A stretch of DNA of 64,000 nt. It comes from Yuukianura sp. NJ FZ-2021 (Eukaryota). A model generated the notes under the pieces. The model saw nothing but the letters and a program-made list of their open reading frames with translations. It was not told the DNA's origin and ran no database searches. Of this stretch, positions 12,674 to 26,747 are shown piece by piece. The DNA is taken from positions 930,001 to 994,000 of the forward strand of contig CM102288.1 of NCBI GenBank assembly GCA_046563655.1, in the 5' to 3' direction. The position numbers and the translations under genes were made by a program. Position 1 is the first letter of the stretch; the number at the start of each line of letters is the position of its first letter.

Positions 12674-14491
12674 CATAACTTGCGCTCTTCCGTTCTAAAA
12701 CAGCTGAAACTCAACTAATACAACCGACTTCGATTTGAAGATTTTTGAAAGCGAACGATTAATTAACGTTAAAGTTAATCAAGACATCGTTGGATGCGAT
12801 TTACTTTTTTTTTATTGTTGAACATTCAAGTAAAAGAGTTGCAGGAGGTGTTGGGTTTTACAGAGAATAAGGTTTTGGTAGTCATAAGTTGTTGGAGTTG
12901 ATTGTTTTTCTTTAAGTTTTAAAGAAAAACGTAAACAGTTTGTCACAATTCACCAGTGAGTCACAGACAAGGAAAAAAACAAACAACATCAACAACATTA
13001 TTACATTAGTGAACCTTAACTGTTACAATGTTGGTGGTAGTAAGATTAACATTTACCTCCATCCAGAAGATAACCATCAATTTCTAATAGGTCAAATCCA
13101 ACTAATTGGTTACACATAGTAATTAGTTAGGAAGTGAATCATTAATCAACTGGATTTGGATATTTATGGATAGTTGGGAGTAGTAGTAAGTCGGGGCAGG
13201 ACTTAAAAATGTCGACAAACTTAAATTTTCTTCACAAAAAACACAAAAATAATAATAATACCAAGAGTTACAATATTTATTTCTTGTTTTTGGAGAAAGT
13301 CTTCTCCATTTTTCTAAATTCTAGTACATTCTGTGTACTTGGATGTCAAAACTGTTAGCTTGTGTTGTAGCAGCAACGTCATTAATCGTCACTCTTTTAA
13401 TTAATTAAACACCTTTCTTCCTCAAATACATGGATCTCCGTGCGAAGGAAATTTTTAGTAGTATTTGCCGTGTTTTTCTAAATTGTGTCTCTCAAAAAGC
13501 ACATCTTTTTAGTTTTAGCAAAAAAGATTTTCAGTTTAGTGTTCCTCCGTGCCTCCATTTTTTCGAATTCGAAGAGTATAATATTAACAATTCCTTCCAA
13601 AAAATTAACAATTAGAAGACAAAAATTACTCCACAGGTCGCAAATTACTAACTCGGAACCTAATTAACTTTTTAGTTAAACCCATCTTCACACTTCTCTC
13701 ACTTCTCAGGGAATAGTCAACAACTTTATATCGGAATCCCACTTTTACAAGGTTTTACACCAAAATGTAATTTTTCAACACATTTCATTTTCAATTCTAT
13801 TTGAAATACTAAATTTTGCAATGCTCCGCTACTAATTCCAAAAAAAAGTGAAAAGTTACTCTCGATTCAATTTTCAAGTAAAACCAATGTTTCCGCAACT
13901 AAACTAAAAACGAAACCTAATGTTCAATAGAATTCAAGAAACCGGAATTTTTGTTAAAGCTTTATCAAATGAAAGGAAAGACGAGAAAACTTTCGAAGCA
14001 TTTCAAAATCTAATCCGTTTTTTTCGAAAAACCACAATTTTACTAGAACTGAAACAAAGAGTTTCAGCAGCTGAGAAAACCCCTTCCATTTCCTTTGATA
14101 AGTTTTTGTAAACAAATTATATACAAAGAGATCATTAACCTTTTCAGAGGTCTTTTAATTACTTCTGAACTACTTGAAATACTTCTTAATTCAGTATTTC
14201 AATTAATTCAGTAGTGACTCAAAAACCTTGAACTTTTTAGTAATAACCAGTTCAAAAGAACTTGCAATTTCAAACCAAAATGTTTCCATTCCCTTAAGTA
14301 TAAATTACATTTTGTTTACCTTCATGAGAGGATGGAGCCCGTAGGAATCGATAGCCAAGTTAAGTTGGAGAAAGCAAGTTAGGTCAAAGGGTACACAGAG
14401 AGCGTTCTGACACGACATCAATCTTTTAGTAATTGTGGAACTTTTTAGTTGAAACTTGATGTTGAGGAGGCAAAGAGACATGTTGAGATTC

Positions 14492-17401
14492 TCATTTCCC
14501 GGAGGAGGCATGCGACGACAGCCCAATGGGTCCACAGCCACCAAGTTGTTGCTGTTGTTGTGGCGTGAGACTGCCGAGTCCTGGAGAATGAAGATGTGGT
14601 GAAATGGGGCCATTGCTCAGACAAGGACGCCCGATATCAAGATGATTCGAGTGCGAGCTGACGGAGACACCGAGAGAACCGAGGCCCAGGATAGAGCCAG
14701 AGGAAGAACAATGGTTCTGCTTCAAGTTGTTGAGACGATGCTGAGGCTGTTGTTGTTGTTGCTGGGCAATGGAAAAGTTGTTGTTCACTTGTTGTTGTTG
14801 TTGATTTTGATTTTGATTGAGTTGCAAAACTGGCGAGCTCTGCTGATCCTGTCCCTGTCTGTGATGATTTGAAAAGTCAGACGTTGTCAAAATCTCAATT
14901 AATTGCCCTCGAACTTCTTCCAATTCTTCTTCTTTAGCCTTGATCATTGAGTCACTACAACAAAAAAAAACGATTAAGATTTTTTTTTTGAAAAAGTTTA
15001 AGTTTTTGGTAATTACCGAATGGACAACTGTCGCCTGGCTTCTCCGAGCGCAGAGAACAAGTCCAACTTCAAGCGTGTTTCGGCACTGAGACTAGACTCA
15101 AGATGTGCGTTCTGATCTTGAAGCGTTGTTAAAAGTGACATTATCCGCGCTGATTCAGCAGGAGGTGTCTAAAAATCAAGTTTCAAGTTTTTCAAGTATT
15201 TAGGTCCTAATAACACAGTAGAATGTAAGTCATAGGCTATGTCCATACCTGACATGCTTCCTTATTCTTCTGCTCATGCAGAAGCGTGGACTTTACGTTC
15301 TGTAACTCTCGCTCTATTCGTACAATTTTCTCTTCGCTGAGTTTGATATCTCGACGAAGTCCTTCCTTCTCTCGTTCAGCGTCACGCAGTTTCCGCTTGC
15401 AATCCCCACAGCATTCCAACAAAGCCTATACAATTCAAAAAGTTACAGTTTATATGTGTGCATGTCTTGATCACAAAAATTTAGTTTGTAACTTTTGTGT
15501 TACCTTCTTTTGCTTGTTGATTGCATTCTCCTTGGCCTTCCTCTCGTCCACTAGCTTCTTTTCATAGCACTGCCGCTCTTCCTGGAAAAGGAAACCATTT
15601 CTCATTACATTCTGAACATTCATAGCACAACAAACCCCAAGCAGTCGAAGTGTCATCTGGTTAGGTTTATTATAAGTTATAATTTATAACTCGCTTTAAA
15701 AAAGTCAGATTTGTTGCTACAGCTTCGTGTCTTACCTGACTCTTGGATGACAGCGCTGAGTATTTGAGTTGGAGTGACTCATGTTCACCCTAAAACATCA
15801 AAGCAATTCCAATTGATTGATGAAATTACGACAAATTAGTACTGGCAACACTGAAAAAAATACTGTCAGCGAATTGTTACTTGTAGTGCGGCAATATCCG
15901 CCCGAAGATTTCTCTCTAAGCCAAGCAGTGTTGAGATCTGATTTCTCAGTTCAGATTCCGTCGTTCGTACAACGTGAAGGTCGCTTCGTAGCTTTCGTAC
16001 TTCAGATTCAAGCCTAAGACAACAAGAAGAGTTCGGATTTAGGTTCAAGATGAGTTTAAAGATGCAAATGTTAAGACTTACTTGAAGTTCTTTGGTGCCA
16101 ACATGCAACTGCATTGATTCGGAATAAGTGTTACCGGTGGAGTCACCATTGCAGCCACCGGAGAAGTCGTTAGACTCGTCTGAGGCGAAAGAGGTGAAGA
16201 GTTGGAATTGGTAAAGTTGCAACTGACATTGTTGTTTTGTGTGACGAACACATGGTTGGCTGCAGAACCATTTAGTATTGGTGAAGACGATGAAGAAATT
16301 GGAGTCAGTCCACCGTTCACGAGCGGATGATGATGAGATGAGTTGTTGTTCACTGAACCCAGTGACTTTGAAGATCCCGGCACCTCCTCACACAACTCCA
16401 TTGACTTCCTTCTGATGACAGGAAGCGCTGATGGCTTTTTCGCAGCTACTAGAGCCGCTCCACCGTTCTGTATCACCTAACAACCAACACAGCATCAGCA
16501 TCATTTCAATTTGAAGACAAACTTTGGCAGTATTTTACCTCATTGCTGTTCACCGGCGACGGAGACGAGAACGATGGCAAAGCATCCCAGAGCAGTGAGT
16601 ACAAAAACTCATTCTGCCTGGCAACATCGTTTCTTGTCCGTTGCTTGAGTCGACTGGCTATGAAGGCTTTCAGCCCAAAGCCAAGTGAGACCAATGGAAA
16701 TCCAACACTGCAAAGGGGAATTGCGTTGAAATGTTAAAATTCAACCCTGAACATTTTCGTCGGAGAGTGAAAAGTTGGGAAATTGCTGTTGCTAGGTTAC
16801 CAGTGTGCGGCAAGAGGACTTAAAGATTGAGTAGGAAGCGGTCTGATGGATTTCCCATCAATATACATGAGTGTAGGGAGCAGAATTAAAGGCCCGAAGG
16901 GGGCTAGGCTCCAACTAATATGACTCCAGACGGCTAAGCTTCCCAATAAGTACAACCACTGAACTGGTACGGCTCCAAGACAGATGACATCCACCGACAC
17001 CACGACACATGCTAGGAGAATTGCAAATGCCTAGCAACAACAGTTTCAGTTAGTCAATTCAAAACAAGAACTTAGTATTTTGAAACAGTATTGGTGATTA
17101 CAACTCCCTGAAACTTGTACGCCTCATAGGTGTTATGCAGAACAAGGTAAATGGGGTAAAGATACTCGAGGCGAAACTCCAATAAGAAATCACCACCCAT
17201 GACACAGATCCAAAGAAGTATCAGTTTGACGTACACGACGAGACTAAAAGAACAACAAAATCAATTATGAACTTATCGTAGTTGTTGCAATTTGTAAACA
17301 TACGACGTTGTTACTCACCCGGTATAAAATCCATCATAAATTTTTGGAATCTTTTTTACAGGTCGTCGAGTTTTAATTGAGTCGACATTCCTTCGCTTCA
17401 T
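14492..17401 (-). CDS. MACO1: Macoilin (TMEM57)
   Basis: Start MKRRNVDSIKTRRP, then DFLLEFRLEYLYP, TM segments, LAAHCVGFPLVSLGFGLK, a long coiled coil with LESSLSAETRLKLDLFSALG, and a Q-rich tail. Confidence 0.9.
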
Positions 17402-19608
17402 AACCGTGTGGATTCAGTGTAGATGAGGATGCTTTTCCTTCATAGATTTGAAGACCAGTTGTCGCCAGTGCGTTGACGTTTTAGTGACGAACGTATTCAC
17501 GATTTCCTTCAAAACCTGGACACCAAAACTTCTCGTTATGATATTACACTAAATACCTTTCAAATTGACATTGTAATTGACCTTACGTATTTGTAGCAAT
17601 CGATTGCTTGCAATCATTCGTTTTGCAAACGTATAACCCTTGACCCTACGACACGATGGACAACAAAAACTGTAACCCTGAGCAGGGCAACACTTTATGG
17701 ACAAACTACAGGTGGTTCAACTAAAATAAATAACAAATAATATAAAGTCACAGGGTTTACAAATACTTGAGGATTAACGTAAATTTAATTGATCAAGTTT
17801 CAAACTTATGTTGTCAAAAAAAACCTTTGTTTCACTTTAGTGCACTTTTTGGTTCGTCTTCTCTTCGCCACTTCCAAAAAAATCAATTTTACTTTTTGAG
17901 AGATAAAAACTGAAAATTGAATTTCCCTCCTCTTGTTGTCACAAAATTCATTTGAAAGCACAAAAACCCCAGCAAAATTGTTCTCAAAAATTCCAAAATT
18001 TTCAATTTCAAAATTGTTTCTGTAATATTGATAGAGGTCAGAGGTGATGATGAATTGCAACTAACTGCTACGTCAATTAGTTAATCTGTTTTGGTAATTC
18101 TAACATAATTCTTTTAAACTGTTTTCCGTCCGCATCCTCAAATTTGACTGGATCTTTTCACTTTTTACGTCATCGTCATCAACTTCAAACATAAATAGTA
18201 GTTGGTCACCATTTCAAAAAAAACCGGGAAAATTTAAACATGGTCGCTGCTTCATTGTTTCAACACGAACGCATTTTGTCATGTGTGTGTTTTTTAAAAT
18301 TTTCGTAACCGAAGCGTCGATGATGACATCATGTTTTCTCGTTTAGTTTTTGGATCGAACCGAATTCGGATTTGGATGTTTACGGATCATTTTTTTTAAA
18401 GCAACGCTTGCGCGGACACCGACGATTGTAAATTGAAATGGAAAAACAACCGGAGCGGAAACTTCAAGTTTCCACGAAAGAGGACTCTTGAGGAAACCCG
18501 CCATAGGGAAAAAGTTACCTTGCCCAGGTAGCAACACGACGATGGAAAGAAAAAGTTCGAACAGAAACGTACACTTTCGGTCTTCTGACGTTTATTTTTA
18601 TCCGAAAACGGTCACCTCGGAATTATCGATCTTTTTCACGCTTTCTCTCTCCTGAAAGTTGAGTTGCTAGCTCAGACAAGTGCCATTGTTAGAACCGGGG
18701 GGGTCAAGTTCAAACTCTAATATACCAACGACCAACGCCAAAGGAAAAGTTTGAAATGAAATGAGACTTTAATTAATTTCATCGATTAGCAACCTACGCA
18801 ATCATTTAAACTGAATTCGAGTTCTTAAACGATGGCAACAGCCACCTTTCTTCCTTCTTTTCATCCAACCAATCAACAACATGTTCCTTTTCTTTGAAAA
18901 AAAAAAGTTGAAAAATTCAAGAAAAAAACAGAAAATAACAACAACCTTAAGATTTCAAAACCGACCCTCATCAAATTCCCATTTACAAAAATTCAAAATA
19001 CAAACAATTTTCAAAAACAATTTTCATACACAAACTAACTCAAAATAGATCTTAAAATTTAAACAATTATGAACTTAATCCTATTATAAATTAATTGAGC
19101 TATTAAAAATAATTACTTCTAAGAACTGTTTACAGTAATTGACGTTATCTGATAAACTGATATTGGCTGGCAGGGTTAAAGTACAAAGCCAATCGTAACT
19201 TTTACGTTTACTTTTCGTTTTCTTAGCCCTTAGCACAGGGCCCTTACGACATACTGTACATCCTAAATTCTTTAGTCAATCTACGACATAAGTGCAAAAC
19301 AGTGTTTATTTACTTTTTTCTTATAGGTTCACCTTAAAAGGGCTACTTAGGCTATGACTATGTTATGTTAGGGTATTATACACTGTATGATAACACCGTA
19401 AACCTAACGTTATACGTATCTAGGGAACGGAAGGAGGAACTGGGCGGAGATAGGGAGAGCTTGAACAACGCATGGAAAATTTGCATTCGACTTTCGTGGA
19501 GGTGGTACCATTCGAACTACACACTCAACAACAAACAAATAATTAAAAATAAACGAATCATCACTCCTTTTCTTTACCAAACAATCGAACAATTCATACT
19601 AACTTTGA

Positions 19609-20374
<766 letters not shown>

Positions 20375-21605
20375 AGATGCGTCACTAATTCAATTCAGTT
20401 TATCAGCGCAACTTGTCAATGATGGGTATAATTTTCCGGACTCTTTTAATCAAAGTTAATTGACGTGTCGAACCATCGTGTATTCGATACCTAAAATGAA
20501 TTTCTTTTTTCTTTTTTGTTGACGAAGTACATATTTGTAGTTATCATAGTTGGAATAATCGTTATAAATCTAAAAGTAGAGAAAAGTTTAATAGTTGTAA
20601 AAAGCACATAACGTTAATGAATCGCAACAAAGCTCTATTTCAATCAACCGTGTATAAGTTCTAAATCAAGTAATTTACTAACTTTTTAGAGAGGTTGAGC
20701 ACTTTCTGCAACTAAATTACAGAAGCATTATAGTTTACTAGAAAATTCGAAAAGTCAAAAAAAATTGTCAACTTTCAAAGAATCATTGTTTAAACGGCAG
20801 GTTTGTTTGATCTCAAGCTTTTAAGAACAGGAACACAGGAGCCTAAACATTTCACGACCGGCAGTTTAACTAAATTGTTATTAACTATAACTTCTATGTA
20901 TTCATGTACTTCTAACCATCACTCTAATGCTTCTTTAATTTGTTGAATAATTCGCAATGTAAATGTATTATTATACAGAGCTACAAAATAAGTGTTAAAA
21001 AATATTCAGATTAAACTTATTACGAAACTACAAATAATCGGAGGAGGAGGAGAATCAATCTTAATTTTATCTTAAATTTTAACCGATCATTAGCAATTAA
21101 AGATTAGTTTAGTTGATTGTAAATGTAATTTATCGTGTGTTGAATTTAGTATGTGGTTCGGAGGCGTGGCGGTAAAATTTGAATTCATAACTGGACTTTG
21201 AACGGTGACTGAACTAAAATAATCTCGTTATGATAATTAGTCATCTGACGATGACCACACACCAAGTATAGCGGTAAGGGGAAAAGGGAAGGAAGTCCTG
21301 TTGTATTCTAAACTTGTTGTGGTTTTCACTGAGAACACAAAAAGATAAACATTACTGTGATTAGGCCACGGCTACACTACGTTAGGTATTCAGTAACATA
21401 TGTTTTAATTCCGTTAAATTTAGGAGGACATGTACTAACTAGACAGACGCAGCACCGACAAGACGTGGCGGCGACAACAGTAACGACGAAAAGAAAAACA
21501 ACACGCGTGGTTTCTATCGTATTAGAGACATTGGGCATTCAAGCCAAGCCGTTGGATTTTGACGTTAAAGACGATTAGCGTTGCAATTAAAGCTTAAGCT
21601 CAGCC

Positions 21606-22460
21606 ATGAACCCGGGCGCACCTCATAGAAGACTGTCGTAAGTATATTGATTAACGTTATGTTTACGAAAAGCTTTAGTAATGCAATACACCATATAAAT
21701 GTTACTTCAACTGATGTGTTTTGTTTGCTTGTAAAGGACAACTGGAGAGAGTTTATACGTTGTACTTGAAGTTCCAAAAACTGCGACTATAGAAGAAATT
21801 AAGAAAAGTTATCGCAAATTGGCACTTAGTAATCACCCGGACAAGAATCCGGGAGATGACGTCAAAGCTGAAAAGGTAAGTTGTGAAAAACAGATCATGT
21901 TTTGAAGTTTAGGCGATTATAAACGTGATTTTCTGTTTTTCAGTTCAAAGAAATTAGCAAAAGCTATGCCATCCTATCGGACAATACGAAAAGAACGATT
22001 TATGACAGATATGGATCCCTTGGCCTCTACATTAGCGATCAATTTGGGGAAGACAACGTCAAAGCATACTTTATGCTCACGTCACCATGGGCCAAGGCTG
22101 CCTTCATTTTTACGGCTGTAATCACTGGATGCTTCTGCTGCTGTTGTTGCTGCTGCTGTTTCAACTTCTGTTGTGGAAAATGTCGCCCGGTGCCTCCAGA
22201 AGATAGTCCAGACTACTCAAATCTTCAGGTAATTGTGCAGAATCTTAACATCATTTGGATTAATTGTAACTTAAAGTGAAACTTAATAACTTCAATTTTG
22301 TTTTTAGGAGGACTGTGCTGATGGTGAACCTGGTCCGTCGTCTCCAGTCACATCCGAGCCAACACCAGTCACAAATCAGCCCCCTGCTTCAAAGCCCACC
22401 GAATCATCTCCACTTCGTGAAACCAATCAACCACCATCATACCAGAGTCAATTCAGCTAA
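21606..22460 (+). CDS. DNAJC5: Cysteine string protein (DnaJ subfamily C member 5)
   Basis: RRLSTTGESLY, J-domain with HPD (NHPDKNP), YGSLGLY, and the cysteine string [19 protein letters not shown]. Confidence 0.95.
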
Positions 22461-22888
22461 TCATTCCACTACTACGATGTTCATGTGAAGTACTGCAAAA
22501 ATCCAACTAACAACTGTTCAAAGTCTGGCAATTTTGCATTTAAGTTGACGCAATGTGCACTTTTTGTGGTTCCTATTCTGTTGTAAGGTAAAATTTAACG
22601 TTTCTGAGTATTCTAGTTTATCTTCATAGCTGTTGCAGCGTAACCCTTGGGTTGTTTAGGTTGTTAAACTTTACGATAACTTTACTTATCAAGTACTCCC
22701 CCTTTGCAAAAGTATTGTGATGGCCTTGTTATCTTATGCAGAACTTATTCCGTTAATTTTTCCCAGTTAATATTTTGCTCCGAATTAATCGATTATGTAA
22801 TGAAATTTTTCTTGAAATGTCGAATCTAATAACTTTATTTTCTAAAGAAGAGTAAAATGTCTCAAAAGTTTTCGAAAAACAAAACAGC

Positions 22889-22964
22889 AACAAAAAAGAC
22901 GAAAAGTATCGGCAAATCTTGGCCTTGCGGTTTACAAGATCGGCGTCATGAAGTCTTGTTTGTT
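22889..22964 (-). promoter_or_regulatory. SECIS element (type II) in the GPx 3' UTR
   Basis: Minus strand reads AACAAACAAGAC-UUC-AUGAC-GCCGAUCUUG-UAAA-CC-GCAA-GG-C-CAAGAUUUGC-CGAU-...-GUCUUUUUUGUU. It shows the AUGA/GA core, a ~10-bp upper helix, unpaired AAA, an apical mini-stem and a 12-bp lower helix with one mismatch. Confidence 0.88.
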
Positions 22965-23018
22965 GAATTCTGATCTTCGAACACCTTCTGAGAGCATTAG
23001 ATCTTCTATTTTTATGGA

Positions 23019-24301
23019 TCACTGTTGAGCAAAGAGCTTGTTCAGGTCACTTTCCATTCCCTGTATAACAAAATATTAATATTTTAAAACAAAATCAATT
23101 GGTTTTATTAAATTAGTAGAGGCGTACCGATGGATCGATGTTTGGCCCGTAACGCTCCAGCACAACTCCCGTTGGTCCGATAAGAAACTTGGTGAAGTTC
23201 CACTTGATAGATTTTCCGAGCAGTCCCGTTTTCTTGGACTTCATGTACTTCCAGAGCGGATGAGCCTTGTCACCTGAATTGAACAAACAAATTACTTCGG
23301 GAATCATAGTTAACTTTTGTAATTGATGTAATTTATGTCTTTAAATTACCGTTGACGTCCACTTTACTTGCCAAGTCCCACTGGACTCCGTAACCCTCCA
23401 CTGCGAACTTCTTGATTTCAGCTTCCGTGCCTGGCTCTTGGTGTGCAAATTGGTTGCAAGGGAAACCCAAAATTCGGAGTCCATTGCTTTCTCCATACTT
23501 TTGATGGAGGGCTGTCAACTCTCTGTAGTTGACAGCCGTCTTGCCTAAACATAAAAACAGAAAACGTTTTTAGACAACATCAAATCGTCTATGTTCTGGT
23601 GACGTTCAGCTTAGAAACTTACCTCACTTGGAGGCCACGTTAACCACGATCAGTACGTGGTTCCTGAAAAAAAGTATCAAAAAGTCAACGCTGGAGGTTA
23701 CCGGACATGTGAATTTAGAAACTTACTGGTAACGTGACATGCTCTGCGTCTCACCATCGATGTCAACGTACTCGAAATCGTACACCGACGAAGCGTTATC
23801 CCCACCTTGCGCCTGAAAAAAAATCAAATGAATCACTACCATTTACAACAAGATTCGCAACGTTAAGTCAATCAAGTGTACAATAATTATTATGGTAAAC
23901 TTTTACCATGATTTTAGTCGAACTGCTTGCTGCCGTCGATGATAGTCCTTGAGTGTTGTGCAAGTTTCTTTGGAAGTTGAAGATACCGTTGTTATTCCAA
24001 TGCTTAACTATTTGGGACTGTGTCCACGTCTTCGCTAGGTTATTGATTCCTAGGAAACATAAAATATAAACCATAAAATCCATAAATCGATTAAATACCC
24101 GGAAGGAGTTTTAGTTTTAAGAGTTGACTTACCCGAAAAGCTGCTCCACTTCCTGGAAAAAAACAAAGTTATCGATGTAATTAACACGTTTGTCTCTCCA
24201 GCCTATATCTCACCGACTGCGCACTTCTGTGGCTAATAATTCTATTTACCATTAACCACTTACCTCAAGAGACAACTCTTCCGTGATAGAACAATGATCA
24301 T
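23019..24301 (-). CDS. GPX4: Selenocysteine-containing phospholipid-hydroperoxide glutathione peroxidase (GPx4-like)
   Basis: Spliced reading gives VVNVASK-TGA-GKTAVNY, with the in-frame TGA (23624-23626) at the catalytic position. Also [20 protein letters not shown] and a downstream SECIS. Short-form ATG at 23909; in-frame upstream ATG at 24301. Confidence 0.92.
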
Positions 24302-24761
24302 GTGATAAGAGGACAGTGCAATTACCATTGGCTCTTTCCAGAACAAAAAATACCAAAGCTACTGCTACTCCCACAGTCCAGGAACACTTTGATGCTGCAA
24401 TCCACTTCTACTAGATTATCACGTCCTACTCCTGGCCTTGGGGTCCACGGCAAGTCAAGGTCACAGGTCAACCCACCAACTTTAACATTTAGCTTTTTCA
24501 ATCTAGTATTTTCATCTCAACACTTTTGTTTACTTTTTGTACCCTGGGGCCACTTTCTTTTGGCGGAATTTTCAAAAATAGCGTCCTTTCTCTTTCGTTC
24601 GCTGTATCGGCACGAAACTTCCTCTTACGATCTACTGCAACATTCTTAATAGATTCGACAAATTCTATCACGTCCTTTGTCATTTTGAAGAAAAATATTA
24701 TTTAATAAACAAGTTTTAAAATTTCAAGAAAAAATTGCGTCTGTAAACATTGAAAATGGTT

Positions 24762-26747
24762 TTAATTTGTATTGGCAGTGGCGATTGCCACGGACTCCAC
24801 GACGTCTGCCGCTCTTGCCTGACAGTTGGAAGATCGAATTCTAATTCCAATTGATCTCATTCGTTCCTTTAACAATTCATCGTTAACCAATTGCTCAATG
24901 CCATTAAGGAGTTGTTCCTCAGTGACATCGTATGGTAGAAACTGGAGTCCATGTCCAGTTTCTTCTACTCTTGTTGCATTGTCATTCTGATCTCCACCAA
25001 TTGGAAGAATGATCAATGGTTTCCCAAAGTAAAACGATTCCGTCACAGTATTATTCCCACCATGTGAAATGACCAAATCCACTTGCGGTAGAACCAACGT
25101 CTGTGGAACACTGTTCGCTCCCCACATGTTACTAGCCAACTTCAACTTGTCACCAAGTGGGCCTTAAAAATTAAATTTTTAGTTAACTTTAATTAGCGCC
25201 ATTACCAAGGTGTCTTGACAACAGAACACATTTTCTTTAACAGGTTACGCAATAACTCGAGATACAATAAAGTTTTAAAAAATTTCTTTGAACCAATTCG
25301 AATTCAGAAATACATTAGGCCACCATGGTGGAAGCGGTTTCTTTATTGTTTTGACGATTTACGCAAAAAAAAATTGAAAATCCAAGGTATTGCCTAACCT
25401 ATTAAAGAAAAACTGTTTGTTTTTGAGCAACCTTGCTCATTACTATTGCCTTTACCTTTGGAAACGATAAAACGATTTGGAGATTTTGCCAGAATTCGAA
25501 TAAGTTTTTCCATCAAAACGAGTTCACTTGTTCCAGTCGTTCCAAGGGAAAAGTAAATGAGTTTTCCGGGTAAATTTTCCAGAGTTTTTGGAATTTGAAA
25601 TTCGCCAATTTCCCGTCTTACGAAAGCATCGAATCTGTGCCATTTTGGCGGAAATGGACTATGCACACTGTAACACATTTCGGCTGGGTACATGCAAATA
25701 TTGGCAAACGGGGAATCCCCTTGCCAAAGTATAGATCCGCTAAATTCTTGTGCTGGCCCACCCTGTTCGATTACCCAAGCCCTGTATTCTGCATACGTTT
25801 TGGCTAAAACTTCAGTTGCTTTGTCTGAATACTTCTCCCACAACTTTTTATCTGCGTTAAAAACAGGGTAACCGCTGAATCCAGGAGGGAGATGCTCCGA
25901 CACAATCACTCCGACGGGAGCAAGCGAAGTCACCAAAATCCAAGGCACACCTTGGAAACAAAAATGACGTTTATGTTTTATCCTCTTTTGGATTGAATTT
26001 TACCAAGGTTGATAATCAAAGCAATACTTTTCCTTTAACAGGTTAGGGAATAATTTGAGTTCCAAATTTTTTCAACAAAAAATAAAATAATTTTTGAAAA
26101 TGAATTCACTAAGTTCATTATTTGCCTTTGTGACAATTTCAATTTAAAAAAGATCCAGTGGATCAAAATTGCTAAGAAAATTCAAGAAAATCTGTCAACT
26201 GAAACTGATTTTTTCGATTCGTAAACAAAATTGGTTCCCAATTGGTTCCATTTTTTGTTGTTGTTTTTTTAAAGATCGAGTTATTGCCTAACCTGTTAAA
26301 GAAAAAGTGTCTCGTTGTCAAGACACCTTGAATTTTACCATTGTCCATCAGAGCTGGAACTCTGACTACGTCGTCAACTAGAACGACATTCGGTTTGACC
26401 TGCTCCATGATTCTGCGCATCTTGCTATCAGAATTCTTAACTTTTTTGATCGCTTCAGCGTAAAATGCAGGCATTAAAAATTCCAATTTTTGAATCGCAG
26501 GAAGTCCCAGAATTGGAGCCATTTGGATTACTAAGTCGCCCCAGCCATCAGTAGCTGCAGGATCTTCATCTTGGTAGTACACCTCTTCGAATCCCAGTGG
26601 AACCAACTTTTGTCTCCAAATATTTGGTGTCACAAATACAACTCTGTGACGTCTCTTCAACAACTGTTGACCAATTCCAATACAGGCGTTGAAGTGACCT
26701 ACTGATTCTACCGGAGCAATCAGGAACGTAAACGGTCCACACGACAT
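24762..26747 (-). CDS. GT1 UDP-glycosyltransferase, cytosolic bacterial-like (MGT/YjiC-like) type
   Basis: Exons 26747-26339, 25950-25456 and 25162-24762. N-terminal GH catalytic motif (SVGHFNAC), IYFSLGT, and UGT signature VPQTLVLPQVDLVISHGGNNTVTESFYFGKPLIILPIGGDQ. No signal peptide or C-terminal TM anchor. Confidence 0.88.
25206..25435. mobile_element. MITE (CAAGGT...ACCTTG family) in UGT intron 2
   Basis: ~50-bp imperfect TIRs shared with the copies at 26004 and 33144. Flanks GCCATTAC and CTCATTAC look like a decayed 8-bp TSD (6/8). Confidence 0.6.
26004..26330. mobile_element. MITE (CAAGGT...ACCTTG family) in UGT intron 1
   Basis: Imperfect ~50-bp TIRs. Perfect 8-bp TSD AATTTTAC at 25996-26003 and 26331-26338. 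Confidence 0.75.

Noticed and set aside
12700..14480. Short ORFs between TPRKB and macoilin
   Set aside because: AT-rich sequence with no coding signature; most likely 3' UTR or intergenic.
17634..17760. Possible piggyBac-like MITE (AACCCT...AGGGTT)
   Set aside because: The inverted match is short and imperfect and there is no clean TTAA TSD.
23624..23626. GPx as a nonsense pseudogene
   Set aside because: The TGA is exactly at the catalytic residue, the rest of the frame is intact and a SECIS is present.
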